A stretch of 41,593 nt of DNA. Source: Pseudomonas phage LKA1. The stretch lies in the sequence record AM265639.1; one strand, written 5' to 3'. Of this stretch, positions 25,079-35,200 are shown in pieces. Made by a program: the position numbers and the translations under genes. Within the stretch, counting starts at the first letter, position 1; each line of letters begins with the position of its first letter. The notes under the pieces are model-generated. The model saw only the letters and a list, made by a program, of their open reading frames with translations, was not told the DNA's origin and made no database searches.

Positions 25079-26083
25079 ATGACTTATCCCGCTGCTAATA
25101 CCCACACTCGTCCGGGCTGGGGTGGTGCGAACTCTGATGTTAGCTTGCACATCGAGGAGCACCTGGGCCTGGTGGACGCGAGCTTTATGTACAGCTCGAA
25201 GTTCGCCTCCTGGATGAACGTCCGCTCCCTGCGCGGCACCAACCAACTGCGCGTTGACCGCGTAGGTGCCAGCACCATCGCAGGCCGTAAGGCCGGTGAG
25301 GAGCTGGTGGTCCAGAAGAACGTCAGCGACAAGCTGAACCTGACCGTGGACACTGTGCTGTACGCCCGCCACTTCTTCGACAAGTTCGACGAGTGGACCT
25401 CGAACCTGGATGTCCGCAAGGAAACCGCCCGCGAGGACGGCATCGCCCTGGCCCGCCAGTACGACCAGGCGTGCATCATCCAGCTCCAGAAGTGCGGCGA
25501 CTTCCTGGCCCCGGCACATCTGAAGCCAGCCTTCCACGATGGTATCCTGCTGCCGAGCACCATCTCTGGCCTGGCCGCTGATGCCGCTGCCGATGCCGAC
25601 GTCCTGGTAGCCGCTCACCGCCAGGGCGTAGAGGCCATGGTCTTCCGCGACCTGGGCGACCAGCTGATGTCCGAGGGTGTCACCCTGCTGGACCCGGTGA
25701 TCTTCTCGTTCCTGCTGGAGCATGATCGCCTGATGAACGTCGAGTTCGGCGCCAAAGAAGGTGGCAACTCCTTCGTAGGTGGTCGTATCGCCATGCTGAA
25801 CGGCGTGCGTGTGGTCGAGACCCCGCGCTTCCCGCAGTCCGCGATCACCGCGAACGCCCTGGGTGCCGACTTCAACGTCACCGACGCCGAGGTCCGCCGC
25901 AAGATGATCACCTTCATCCCGAGCATGGCCCTCATCTCGGCCCAGGTGCACCCGGTATCCGCCCAGTTCTGGGAGGAGAAGAAAGACTTCGGCCACTACC
26001 TGGACACCTTCCAGTCGTACAACATCGGCCAGCGTCGCCCCGACGCTGTAGCGGTGCACGACATCACCGTCACCAACCCGTAA
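25079..26083 (+). CDS. Major capsid protein, 334 aa
   Basis: AAGGAG before ATG 25079. T7 gp10A-like size. Followed by the strongest terminator in the window. Confidence 0.85.
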   Translation: MTYPAANTHTRPGWGGANSDVSLHIEEHLGLVDASFMYSSKFASWMNVRSLRGTNQLRVDRVGASTIAGRKAGEELVVQKNVSDKLNLTVDTVLYARHFFDKFDEWTSNLDVRKETAREDGIALARQYDQACIIQLQKCGDFLAPAHLKPAFHDGILLPSTISGLAADAAADADVLVAAHRQGVEAMVFRDLGDQLMSEGVTLLDPVIFSFLLEHDRLMNVEFGAKEGGNSFVGGRIAMLNGVRVVETPRFPQSAITANALGADFNVTDAEVRRKMITFIPSMALISAQVHPVSAQFWEEKKDFGHYLDTFQSYNIGQRRPDAVAVHDITVTNP

Positions 26084-26101
26084 GGGCGGCGGTAACAGCA
26101 T

Positions 26102-26132
26102 GGACCTATCCTTCGGGGTAGGTCCTTTTTTT
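26102..26132 (+). terminator. Rho-independent terminator after the capsid gene
   Basis: GGACCTATCC-ttcg-GGGTAGGTCC 10-bp stem with a TTCG tetraloop, followed by TTTTTTT. Equivalent in position to T7 T-phi. Confidence 0.85.
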
Positions 26133-26172
26133 GGTTCTTCTCGCCGAGAAGGCCCAACAAAAGGAGATTCCT

Positions 26173-26808
26173 ATGCAACTTACTTTTCTTGAGGCGGTGA
26201 ACCTCGTCCTACGAGAACTCGGCGAGACCCCCGTGACCTCTGTAGACGAGACGTACCCCACGCTGGCGCAGATTCTCCCAGCTATGGAGGACGCTCGCCG
26301 AAACACCCTCGCCGAGGGTTGGTGGTTCAACAGCTTTGATGACTTCACCGCAAGTCCCTCGCCGGCTGGTGAGGTGCTTCTATCCGAGGATACCTTGGCC
26401 TTCTATCCAGACGATGTGGAGAAGTTCACCTGGGCGGGCCGTTACGTCCGTGTTACTGGTACAGGTTCTAAGGTAGTTGGCGCTCCGGTGAAGGGGCGTG
26501 TCGTACTGGATATCCCCTACGACGAGCTACCCGAGGGTATGCGCTATCTCGTGGTGTACCGCTGCGCCTACGAGGTGTACGTCGCCGACTTCGGCGCGGA
26601 TAGTACGGCACAGGTCATTGCGAACAAGATGTCCGCAGCATACGTGGAGGTCCGGGCGGTCCACATCCGGCAGCGGAAGCTCACCCTGCGGAAGCGGACC
26701 CCGGCCACCAGTGGCGTCAAGCGAGGTACAACTAATGAGTTACTTTGCAGGATCGTACCGGCAGCTCCTGTTTGGCGTAAGTCAACAGACTGCCAAGGAT
26801 CGCCTTGA
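26173..26808 (+). CDS. Tail tubular protein A (T7 gp11-like), 211 aa
   Basis: AAGGAGA before ATG 26173. The N-terminus (MQLTFLEAVNLVLRELGETPVTSVDE) aligns with T7 gp11. The 3' 74 nt overlap the tubular B start. Confidence 0.8.
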   Translation: MQLTFLEAVNLVLRELGETPVTSVDETYPTLAQILPAMEDARRNTLAEGWWFNSFDDFTASPSPAGEVLLSEDTLAFYPDDVEKFTWAGRYVRVTGTGSKVVGAPVKGRVVLDIPYDELPEGMRYLVVYRCAYEVYVADFGADSTAQVIANKMSAAYVEVRAVHIRQRKLTLRKRTPATSGVKRGTTNELLCRIVPAAPVWRKSTDCQGSP

Positions 26809-29068
26809 GGGGCAGGTCGAGTCGCAGTTGAACATGCAGAGTGATCTGGTGACAGGTCCTCGCCGCCGTAGTCCGGTGCACCTGATCGCCGACGCCATGG
26901 CCGCTACCGATGCCAACCGCCTCGCGTACTCCCTCGCCACATTCTCGGGGCGCGAGGTGCTGCTGCTGGTGGACACACTGGACGGGACGCTGACTATCCT
27001 CGACGATGCAACCGGTGAAGTCCTGTTCACGGGGACAAACAGCTACCTTACCGCAGGTACAGGGAGAAGCATCCGATTCGCAGCACTAGATGACAGCGTG
27101 TTCGTGGCGAATACCGAGGTTATCCCGCAAACGCAGCTATGGTCTGGTGCGAGTGCGTACCCGGACCCAACCCGTGCGGGCTACCTGTACGTAGTCGCCG
27201 GGGCGTTCTCGAAGCAGTACCGCCTATCCATCACCAACCAGGTCACGGGGGTCACGACTTCCGTAGACGTGACCACCTCTGCAACAGAGGCCAGTCAGGC
27301 TACCGGCGAGTACGTGATCACGCAGCTCCGCACGGCGGCAGAGGCGGATGCAACCATTGGTACTGCTGCCGGTTTTGCGTACTACCAGGACGGTGCGTAC
27401 CTGTACGTTACCGCGCCAGAGGCAATCGCGGTGAGTACCGACTCTGGCAGTAACTTCCTCCGGGCAAGTAATGCAGCCAGTATCAGGGACGCCGCCGAGC
27501 TGCCTGCAAAACTACCTGCCGATGCGGATGGGTTCATCATCGCTACCGGCGCCGCTAAGAACAAGACATACTTCCGCTGGGTCGATCTTGAGCGGAAGTG
27601 GGACGAGGATGCGTCTCGGGGTGCACAAGCTGAGCTGATCGACATGCCGCTACGGATCACGTACTCGGCCCCGAACTTCAGCCTGACTGCCTTGAACTAC
27701 GAGCGCCGTGCCTCTGGGGACGCTACGTCGAACCCTGCCTTGAAGTTCACCGAGCAGGGTATCTCTGGGATGACGACCATGCAGGGGCGGTTGGTCTTGC
27801 TGGCTGGCGAGTACGTGTGCATGTCCGCAAGCGGGAACCCACTGCGTTGGTTCCGGGCCAGTGTCAGTACCCAGTCTGACGACGATCCTATCGAGGTCGC
27901 GGCTACTGCACCAGTGGCCTCCCCGTATGAGTACGCCGTGGCCTTCAACAAGGACCTGGTGCTCTTTGCCAAAACCCACCAGGGCCTGGTGCCGGGGGCG
28001 AACCTACTCACGAGTCGCAACGCCACAGCGGCGGTCGTTACAGAGTACAGCTTCCAGAACTCCTGCTCGCCTGTGGTCGCTGGGCGCACAGTGTTCTTTG
28101 CCAGTCCCCGTAGCGGTCCATGGAGCGCGGTGTGGGAGATGCTGCCAAGCCAGTACACTGATGCCCAAGTGGAGGCGAGCGACAGTACGTCGCACCTGCC
28201 GAAGTACATTGCGGGGCCTGTACGCTTCTTGGCGACCTCCAGTACAACGAGCATCGTGGTCGTGGGTACGTCGAATCTCCGCGAGTTGGTTGTGCACGAG
28301 TACCTCTGGCAAGGTGGGGAGAAGGTTCACGCCGCGTGGCATAAGTGGAGCTTCCCGCAGGACATCACGGGTGCGTACTTCCGGGGCGACCGCCTCATCC
28401 TGCTGTTCCACGTTGCGGGTCGGGTCATCCTCGGCGAGCTGTTCATGCAACGCCTTGGGGATGCCCAGAGTATCCCAGGTGGATTCCTGGACCTGTACCG
28501 TGTCGGGGCGGCCAACGCGGACGAGGAGGTGGCCATCCCAGCGTTTGCTGCGGACCTGTACCCGGAGGATAGCACCTTCGCGTACAAGCTCTCGGGCGAG
28601 TTCCAGTCCCTCGGCCAGCGCTGTGGGGATCGTCGGGTAGACGGGGCCACGGTGTACATCAAGGTCGTCGGGGCACAGGCGGGAGATCAGTACCGCATTG
28701 GCTTACGCTACCTCTCGAAGCTCGGGCCGACCCGCCCCATCCTCCGGGACCCCAACGGCGTACCGATCACTACAGAGCGCACGCAGTTGCACCGTCTAAC
28801 GTGGTCTCTGGACAGTACCGGGGAAGTGACGTTCCGTGTGGCCGATCAGGCACGCGGGGAGTCCGCGTACACGACCACGCCGCTTCGCCTGTACAGTCGG
28901 GACCTGGGCGCGGGTTTGCCCTTAGCGGCAACGGCAACCCTCGACACCCCTGCCAGGGTGGATATGCAGACGGCGCAGTTCTCCCTGGAGACTGACGACT
29001 ACTACGACATGAACATTACCAGCCTGGAGTACGGGTTCCGGTACAACCAGCGCTATAGGAGGCAGTAA
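26735..29068 (+). CDS. Tail tubular protein B (T7 gp12-like), 777 aa
   Basis: The N-terminus (MSYFAGSYRQLLFGVSQQTAKDRLEGQ) aligns with T7 gp12 residue for residue at the GxSQQ motif. TAATG coupling to the next gene. Confidence 0.85.
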   Translation: MSYFAGSYRQLLFGVSQQTAKDRLEGQVESQLNMQSDLVTGPRRRSPVHLIADAMAATDANRLAYSLATFSGREVLLLVDTLDGTLTILDDATGEVLFTGTNSYLTAGTGRSIRFAALDDSVFVANTEVIPQTQLWSGASAYPDPTRAGYLYVVAGAFSKQYRLSITNQVTGVTTSVDVTTSATEASQATGEYVITQLRTAAEADATIGTAAGFAYYQDGAYLYVTAPEAIAVSTDSGSNFLRASNAASIRDAAELPAKLPADADGFIIATGAAKNKTYFRWVDLERKWDEDASRGAQAELIDMPLRITYSAPNFSLTALNYERRASGDATSNPALKFTEQGISGMTTMQGRLVLLAGEYVCMSASGNPLRWFRASVSTQSDDDPIEVAATAPVASPYEYAVAFNKDLVLFAKTHQGLVPGANLLTSRNATAAVVTEYSFQNSCSPVVAGRTVFFASPRSGPWSAVWEMLPSQYTDAQVEASDSTSHLPKYIAGPVRFLATSSTTSIVVVGTSNLRELVVHEYLWQGGEKVHAAWHKWSFPQDITGAYFRGDRLILLFHVAGRVILGELFMQRLGDAQSIPGGFLDLYRVGAANADEEVAIPAFAADLYPEDSTFAYKLSGEFQSLGQRCGDRRVDGATVYIKVVGAQAGDQYRIGLRYLSKLGPTRPILRDPNGVPITTERTQLHRLTWSLDSTGEVTFRVADQARGESAYTTTPLRLYSRDLGAGLPLAATATLDTPARVDMQTAQFSLETDDYYDMNITSLEYGFRYNQRYRRQ

Positions 29069-29697
29069 TGGCATTACCAGCACTACTCGCCATCGGCGGG
29101 TTGTCGGCAGCCCAAGGTATCTTCGGCGGGTTGCAACAACGCCAGCAGATTAAGGCGCAGAATAAACTCACCAAGGAAGCCAACCGCAGGAACGTCCTAG
29201 AGGCGTTCCAGGGCGTGTCGGCTATCGAGGTGCAGCGCGGGCAGGTACGCACACAGACCGCCAAGAACCTCCAGTTAGCGGGGCGTATGGCGGACGAGGT
29301 GCGTGGCAGTACCCGCGCCGCCCAGGCCGCTGCGGGGGTGCAGGGCGCAAGCGTTGACGCAACCCTGGACGATATTGACCGCGAGCAGGCCGAGGTATCT
29401 GTTGAGCTACAGCAGCAGCACATCGCGCAGGAGTACGACCTGAACAACCGTATCCGTGAGCTGATGCTCGGCACCCGTGCGGGCTTGGGCCAGCTCCAGA
29501 AGGTTCCGAGTATCGGGAGCATCCTTCTCGGGGGCCTTGTCCAGGGTGGCCTGTCAGCAGGTTCCGCATACGCCTCTCAGGCGTTCTCGTTCGGTAGTTT
29601 CGGTAGCACATCAACCACTGGCGGCACATACGGCCAAAGCGGCGTAGCTGTTGCCGGTCAGGCTGGATTCCGCTCGGGCGTAGGGCCTGGGCGATAG
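29068..29697 (+). CDS. Internal virion protein (T7 gp13/gp14-like), 209 aa
   Basis: Position directly after tubular B. Gly/Ala/Gln-rich. Confidence 0.5.
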   Translation: MALPALLAIGGLSAAQGIFGGLQQRQQIKAQNKLTKEANRRNVLEAFQGVSAIEVQRGQVRTQTAKNLQLAGRMADEVRGSTRAAQAAAGVQGASVDATLDDIDREQAEVSVELQQQHIAQEYDLNNRIRELMLGTRAGLGQLQKVPSIGSILLGGLVQGGLSAGSAYASQAFSFGSFGSTSTTGGTYGQSGVAVAGQAGFRSGVGPGR

Positions 29698-29706
29698 GAG
29701 AGTAAT

Positions 29707-32271
29707 ATGGCTGAACTCGATCCGCCGCGCTTGCGGCTAGCTACTGGCAACCTGGGCCAGGTGGGTGGTTACAACCCGCAACGATTCCAGGCAGAGCGTG
29801 CGCAGGCCGAGGACAACGTAGCGCTCCAGGCCCTGAGTGGCCTGCTCCAGATTGGCGAGAGTATCGCTCAGGAGAAGTTCGCTTCCGACGTGAAGCAGGA
29901 GTACATGCAGGGTCAGCGGGCACGGATGCTCGGGCAGGCCCTGGAGGATGTGGAGGGCGATCCGCTCGCCCGCCCGTTCATCCGGGGCGGGTTCCAAGAT
30001 CAAGACTACCGTATCCGCCAGGCGGAGATGAGTCAGCGGGTGCAGGCGTTCATCCAAACCAAGGGGCGCATGTTGCCGCCTGAGCAGTTCCTTCAGGAGT
30101 TGGGGCGAGAGTCCCGTGCGATCCTAGAGGGTATGGGTGACGGCCTGTCTAATCAGGGCCGTGCCCAGGCCCTCGCCTCCCAGACTCAACTGGAGGAGGC
30201 CCTCGTCGGTGCCCACGCTAAGGCATACAAGGCGTGGGGTATTGAGGAGGTTGGTAAGCGCATCTCTGCGCAGGGCAACAGTATCCTGACAAGCTACGGC
30301 AAGGCCAAGCTCGGCGGTGACTTCGAGGCGCAGCAGCAGTACGCCTCGCAGATTGTAGGCTTCTACCGCGACGTGGCTGCCTCTGACACCCTGCCCGAGG
30401 ACATGCGGCAGCAGGTGGCTGAGCAGTTCCTGATGGGTGTGCTCAGTGAAGATCACCGCGAGGTGGTCACAGCCATGAAGGACATGGGCCTCCTGGACAC
30501 CCTTGGGTTCGACACCCGGACAAAGGTGAACGAGGGGATTCGAGCCTCGGAGGGCCGTACCCGCGCCCTGGACGCCGTGGGGATCAGCCGCAGCTCTGCT
30601 GAGTTCGAGGCCCGTGTCGAGCAAGGTGCCATTACGCCCGAGGATATGCTGCTGTATACGGCGCAGGAGGCTGCTGCGGGGCGCATGACAGCGAATCAGC
30701 AGAAGGCCCTGTGGGACAAGTGGTACACGTCGAGGTCGAACAAGCAGGCATTGGTGGGTGCTATGGACGCCCTGCAACGGGGTGATAAGCAGGCCCTGGA
30801 CAATCTCGGCTGGTCCGTACCCGAGGCCCTGGACGCCTGGTACGAGCAGGCAGACCTCCAGCAAATGCCAGTGGCCACTAAGGCCGCAACAGCCCTGCGT
30901 ATGGGGGCACGCCTCGGCACCCTCCCTAAACGCGCAGCGACTGAGGTGAGCGCCGCCGTGCGCAGTTTGACCCTGAACCCGGATGCTGCAAACCCAGCAC
31001 AGGTCGAGCTTGTGCGGGCCTTCGCGGACGAGGCCATTCGAGTGTCCACCACGAACCCGGAAGGGGAGTCAACCCTCCTTAGCGCCCTGGATCGAGAGAT
31101 TCAACCCCTGTTCAGCCAGATGCTAGTGGACGTGCCAAACGGCACTGACCCGGTGCAGAGCCTACGCAATGCGGCCCTGGCCCAGGCAGCCTACGAACGG
31201 CAGGATCAGCCGTCCAGGCAGGCCCAGACCCGCAAGCTGGAGGAGGCTGTCCAGGCTGAGATTCAGACTGGCAAGTTCTCCCAGCTCTGGGGGCTTGTCA
31301 CGGAAGGTAGCAGAACCCGGAACGAGGGTCAAGCGTTCGAGACGCTGCGGGCACAGACTACCATGGAGGCAGCTGCCCTGGCACGCCAGCCCCAGTACGC
31401 CGGGTTGGCGCCCAGTGCGATTGCGAAACTGGCTGCCGCCAGAGTCAAGGAACGCACCATCGAAGTCAGCCCGGAGGGTAGCAAGACCACGCGGGTAGTG
31501 CTTCCAAGAAATGTCGCACTAGAACGACTAGTAGATAACCCCCGAGCCACAAAAGATCGGGTGTCGGCTGCACTGGTGACATTGTACCCACCATCTGCGA
31601 AAGGATTCCAACGGGAGTTCTACACGGACGGTGTAGGCGTGTGGACGACGGAAGTGGATTCCGATGGCGTCCCCGCAGCGCCGGAGCTGGTGAATTGGCA
31701 GCGGGTCAGTCAGCAGATCGACAAGCAGATCGACGAGACTGTCGGCAAGGCCAACCGTGCTTACGTGGGTGAGGTGGTTAAGCACGGCGAGGTCGAGCTG
31801 AGTATCTCAGGCCGCACAAGCACGAGTATCCGACCGGACGCTGTGTTGCAGTGGCGCCGCGATCTTGTGCAGCAAGAGGGTATTCGCCTGACTGCGTACA
31901 AGGATCGTAACGGCGTAGCCATAGGCGTCGGCGAGAACGTCACTGGGCGCATGAAGGTCGGCGACACGATCACCCGCGAAGAAGCCGAGTTGGCATTCCT
32001 CGACAGTTCCGACAGGGCACTGCTGGAAGGCGAGCGCATTGCGCAAGAGCTGGGCGTAACTGCTGTGTGGTCGAAGCTGGCCCTTGGCAGCGCCGTGTAT
32101 CAGCTCGGCCCGCAAGGTGCCCGTGGGTTCGAGAAGACCTTCGAGGCAATCCGCAACAAGGACTTCGACACCTTCGAGAAGCAGGTGCGGAAGTCCAAGT
32201 GGTACAAGCAAACCCCAGATCGTGCCGAATACTTCATCACGAAGATGCAGGGGCACTTCTACGGAAACTAA
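29707..32271 (+). CDS. Internal virion protein with C-terminal T4-lysozyme-like (GH24) domain, 854 aa
   Basis: The C-terminal ~150 aa (QEGIRLTAYKDRNGVAIGVGENV ... KSKWYKQTPDRAEYFITKMQG) align with T4 lysozyme ([23 protein letters not shown] ... [22 protein letters not shown]), including the catalytic Glu. Confidence 0.8.
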   Translation: MAELDPPRLRLATGNLGQVGGYNPQRFQAERAQAEDNVALQALSGLLQIGESIAQEKFASDVKQEYMQGQRARMLGQALEDVEGDPLARPFIRGGFQDQDYRIRQAEMSQRVQAFIQTKGRMLPPEQFLQELGRESRAILEGMGDGLSNQGRAQALASQTQLEEALVGAHAKAYKAWGIEEVGKRISAQGNSILTSYGKAKLGGDFEAQQQYASQIVGFYRDVAASDTLPEDMRQQVAEQFLMGVLSEDHREVVTAMKDMGLLDTLGFDTRTKVNEGIRASEGRTRALDAVGISRSSAEFEARVEQGAITPEDMLLYTAQEAAAGRMTANQQKALWDKWYTSRSNKQALVGAMDALQRGDKQALDNLGWSVPEALDAWYEQADLQQMPVATKAATALRMGARLGTLPKRAATEVSAAVRSLTLNPDAANPAQVELVRAFADEAIRVSTTNPEGESTLLSALDREIQPLFSQMLVDVPNGTDPVQSLRNAALAQAAYERQDQPSRQAQTRKLEEAVQAEIQTGKFSQLWGLVTEGSRTRNEGQAFETLRAQTTMEAAALARQPQYAGLAPSAIAKLAAARVKERTIEVSPEGSKTTRVVLPRNVALERLVDNPRATKDRVSAALVTLYPPSAKGFQREFYTDGVGVWTTEVDSDGVPAAPELVNWQRVSQQIDKQIDETVGKANRAYVGEVVKHGEVELSISGRTSTSIRPDAVLQWRRDLVQQEGIRLTAYKDRNGVAIGVGENVTGRMKVGDTITREEAELAFLDSSDRALLEGERIAQELGVTAVWSKLALGSAVYQLGPQGARGFEKTFEAIRNKDFDTFEKQVRKSKWYKQTPDRAEYFITKMQGHFYGN
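31509..31522 (+). promoter_or_regulatory. T7-promoter-like motif, copy D
   Basis: agaaatgtcgcactagaacga lies inside the 854-aa internal virion protein gene, about 750 nt before its end. Confidence 0.4.
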
Positions 32272-32281
32272 CGGAGGCTAC

Positions 32282-35200
32282 ATGGCCAACCCCACACCAC
32301 CGAAGATTCAACTCTCCCCGGAGGAGTTCGCGCAAGTGAACGCGGGTGCGGCCACCTCCCTTACCCAGGACTGGTCCCCAGTGGACCAGGGCCTGGCTGG
32401 ACAGATTGCAGAGCGGGAGCAACTGCTTCGCGCTCAGCCGCTGGAACTCGCGGTTGCTGATGCTAAGCGCAGCACTTGGGATACCTGGCAAGCGGGTCTG
32501 CAAGAGACCGAAACCGCGTACTTGCTGCGAGCGTACCTGGATGATCGGGACGAGATGTTCCCCCGACACGACCCGAACTTCGACATCAAGCGGGAGTACG
32601 GCGACATCCTCCGTGCCCACGGTATTCAGGATACCGACGACAATCTCACCGCCCTGGCGAAAGCCACGTCCTCTGAGGAGGCGAGCTGGATCGCCACGGG
32701 TATTGCCGATAAGGAGGCCCGCGAGGCTATCCTGGCCCGCCACGGTGTCGTCGCCTTCACGACAGGTATGGTCGATCCACTGACTATCCTGGCGGATATC
32801 GCAACCTTCGGCGGCACCAGGGCGCTGAAGATGGGGCGCCTTTCGTCCGCCATCGCTGGCGGGAGTTCTGCCGTTGCGGTGTCTGCTATGGCCGACTACG
32901 CCGGTAAGGATTATGAGGCGCTGGACTACGCTATTAACTTCGGCGTGACTGCTGGGGCCTTCGCCCTGGTGGGTGGTCGGGGCCTGGACGGTCTACGTTC
33001 CCAAGCAGGGACTCCCGGCGCACCTGGGGGCATGTTCTCTGGTCTGACGAACTTCCTCTCAGAGACCGACAAACTCATCTCCCCATCCGCCGAGTCGGCG
33101 GCAGTGCTGGCCAATGTGGTGGACGATCCGGTGCGTCGTGCCGGTATCCTAACCAACGACAACGCCGCTAGTACCTTCCGGGTGAACTCAAACATCCTCG
33201 ACGGCACCTTTGCCAAGTGGACGGAGGGTCTGGAGAAGACTATCGCCCAGCGCGAAGGTCTCGGCACGTTCAGTATCAAAATGGACGCCAGTGGCCGTTA
33301 CGGCGAGGCGCGGGATGCGCTGGAGCGTAAGGTGGCTGAGGAGCTGGCCCGCCGCGATGCGGAGTGGACCCGCTTCGGTGCCGTCGCGGACGTGCGCCTC
33401 GACCCGGACGTGAAGCGCCTGGCCGACGAGTACGAGCAGATGATGACCCAAGGGGCGGAGCTGGCCAAGCGCCAGGGCCTAGCTGGGTTTGAGGACTTCA
33501 CACCGCGCCCCGGCTACTTCCACCGCGCCTGGAGTGAGTCGAAGATTCGTGCCTTGGAGGACGCCTACGGTCGCAAGACCGTGAAGAACCTGCTCACCGA
33601 GAGCATCGTGCGGGGTCTACGCCTGACCAAGAAAGAGGCGGGGTTGATCAGTACCGCGATTCTGACACGTACCCGGACCAAGGCCGCTGGCCTGCGCCCC
33701 GAGTTCATGGGTGCCCTGGGCAAGACAGACACGGATGCAATCCGCACCATGCTCGTGGAGGCCGGTACAGACGACGCTACGATCAAGAGTGTCATGGGGC
33801 GGATTGAGCAGAACCTTGATGAGGCCGGCAAGTCCAAGTACAGCAAGACTCGCTTACCGCTGGATATGACCGTGAAGATTACCACACCCGACGGTCGCAC
33901 AATCTCGGTGCTGGACATGATCGACACAGATCTAAGTCGCCTGGCTGAGAACTACAACCAGCAGATGGCGGGTCGGTCGGCCCTCTCGGCAGCCGGTGTA
34001 GGCGGGGACGACGCAAGTATTCAAGCCCTCCGGGGCCGCTACTACGACACCTTGGTGAATGCAAAGCTCACGGATGCAGACATTGACGATCGTATGCTCC
34101 AGTTCGACCACCTAATGTCAGACTTCACCGGCAACCGCCCACCTGGCACTGTATTGGGTACAACCGCCCAACGGGCTAAGAGCCTTGCGCAGAGCACTAT
34201 GCTGGCAGCTTCTGGGCTGTGGCAGGTAGCTGAGTACGGCACCCTGGCGTACCGTCACGGGGCGGCTCGTACCACGGCAGAGTTCTTCAAACAGTTCCCT
34301 GGCGTTGCCGGGTTGCTCCGTAAGGCTGGGCGCGATCCTGACCTGTACGACGAGTTGTCTTCTGTGGTTGGTCTGGACCTCGCACGCGATGTCCGGGTAC
34401 GTCCCTGGCTTCGTCAGTACGAGGCGAACCTCACCTCCCGCGACACCTTGCTGGACCGCGTGCTGTACCTGGGCAACCAGGCCACGCCGATCCTGAACGC
34501 TATGAAGTTTGTGCATACGCACCAGGTCCGCCTGAACGCCAACCTCACCATGAATACCATCGGCAGGGCTGCCAAGGGCGATCGTAAGGCGTTGCAGATG
34601 CTGCGCGAGTACGGCCTGGACGACACGGCCTGGGGCAAGATCAAGAAGGCTGTGGATGACAACGCCGAGTTCAACGGGAAGAACGTCAGGAGTATGAACT
34701 GGGACGGTTGGCCGCAGGATGCAGTCGATGCCGCCCTGAACGTCGGTGCCCGGATCATGGACGACACGATCCTGTACGGTAGGTCGGGTCAGGGCAGTAG
34801 CTTCGCCCGTAGCCAGCTCGGCCAGATTCTCGGCCAGTTCCGTAGCTTCGTGAGCTTCGCACACAACAAGCTGCTACGCGGTACTATCCAGAACTCGGGT
34901 TACACTGGACTGGCAGTCCTCCTAGCCCACCAGTACCCACTCACCATGATGATGGTAGCTGCAAACGAGCTGCGCAAAGGCGAGTCGGTGGACCTGGAGT
35001 CAGAGGCGGGCCTCATGACCTTGGCAAGCAAAGCCATTGGCTACACTGCCGGTATTGGCTTCATCGGTGACGCAGCCGGTATCGTCGGCCTGACTGGTGG
35101 ACGTGGCGGGCTTTCTGCCCCTGTGCTCGGTCTGGCCAACGCCCCTGGCAGTATTGTGCAGGGGACGGGGCACTTGCTCCAAGGTGAAGGCTCAGAGGCC

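Noticed and set aside
24806-26101. 431-aa minus-strand ORF antisense to the major capsid gene (similar long antisense ORFs at 12027..12656, 19709..20290, 30124..30864, 34118..34864)
   Set aside because: Stop-poor antisense frames are typical of a ~60% GC genome. They overlap well-supported + strand genes with recognisable motifs, and no RBS or coupling pattern is evident.
26498-26740. 5' extension of the tail tubular B ORF in the track (start drawn at 26498)
   Set aside because: The extension is a Ser/Arg/Cys-rich frame overlapping tubular A. Homology to T7 gp12 begins exactly at ATG 26735.
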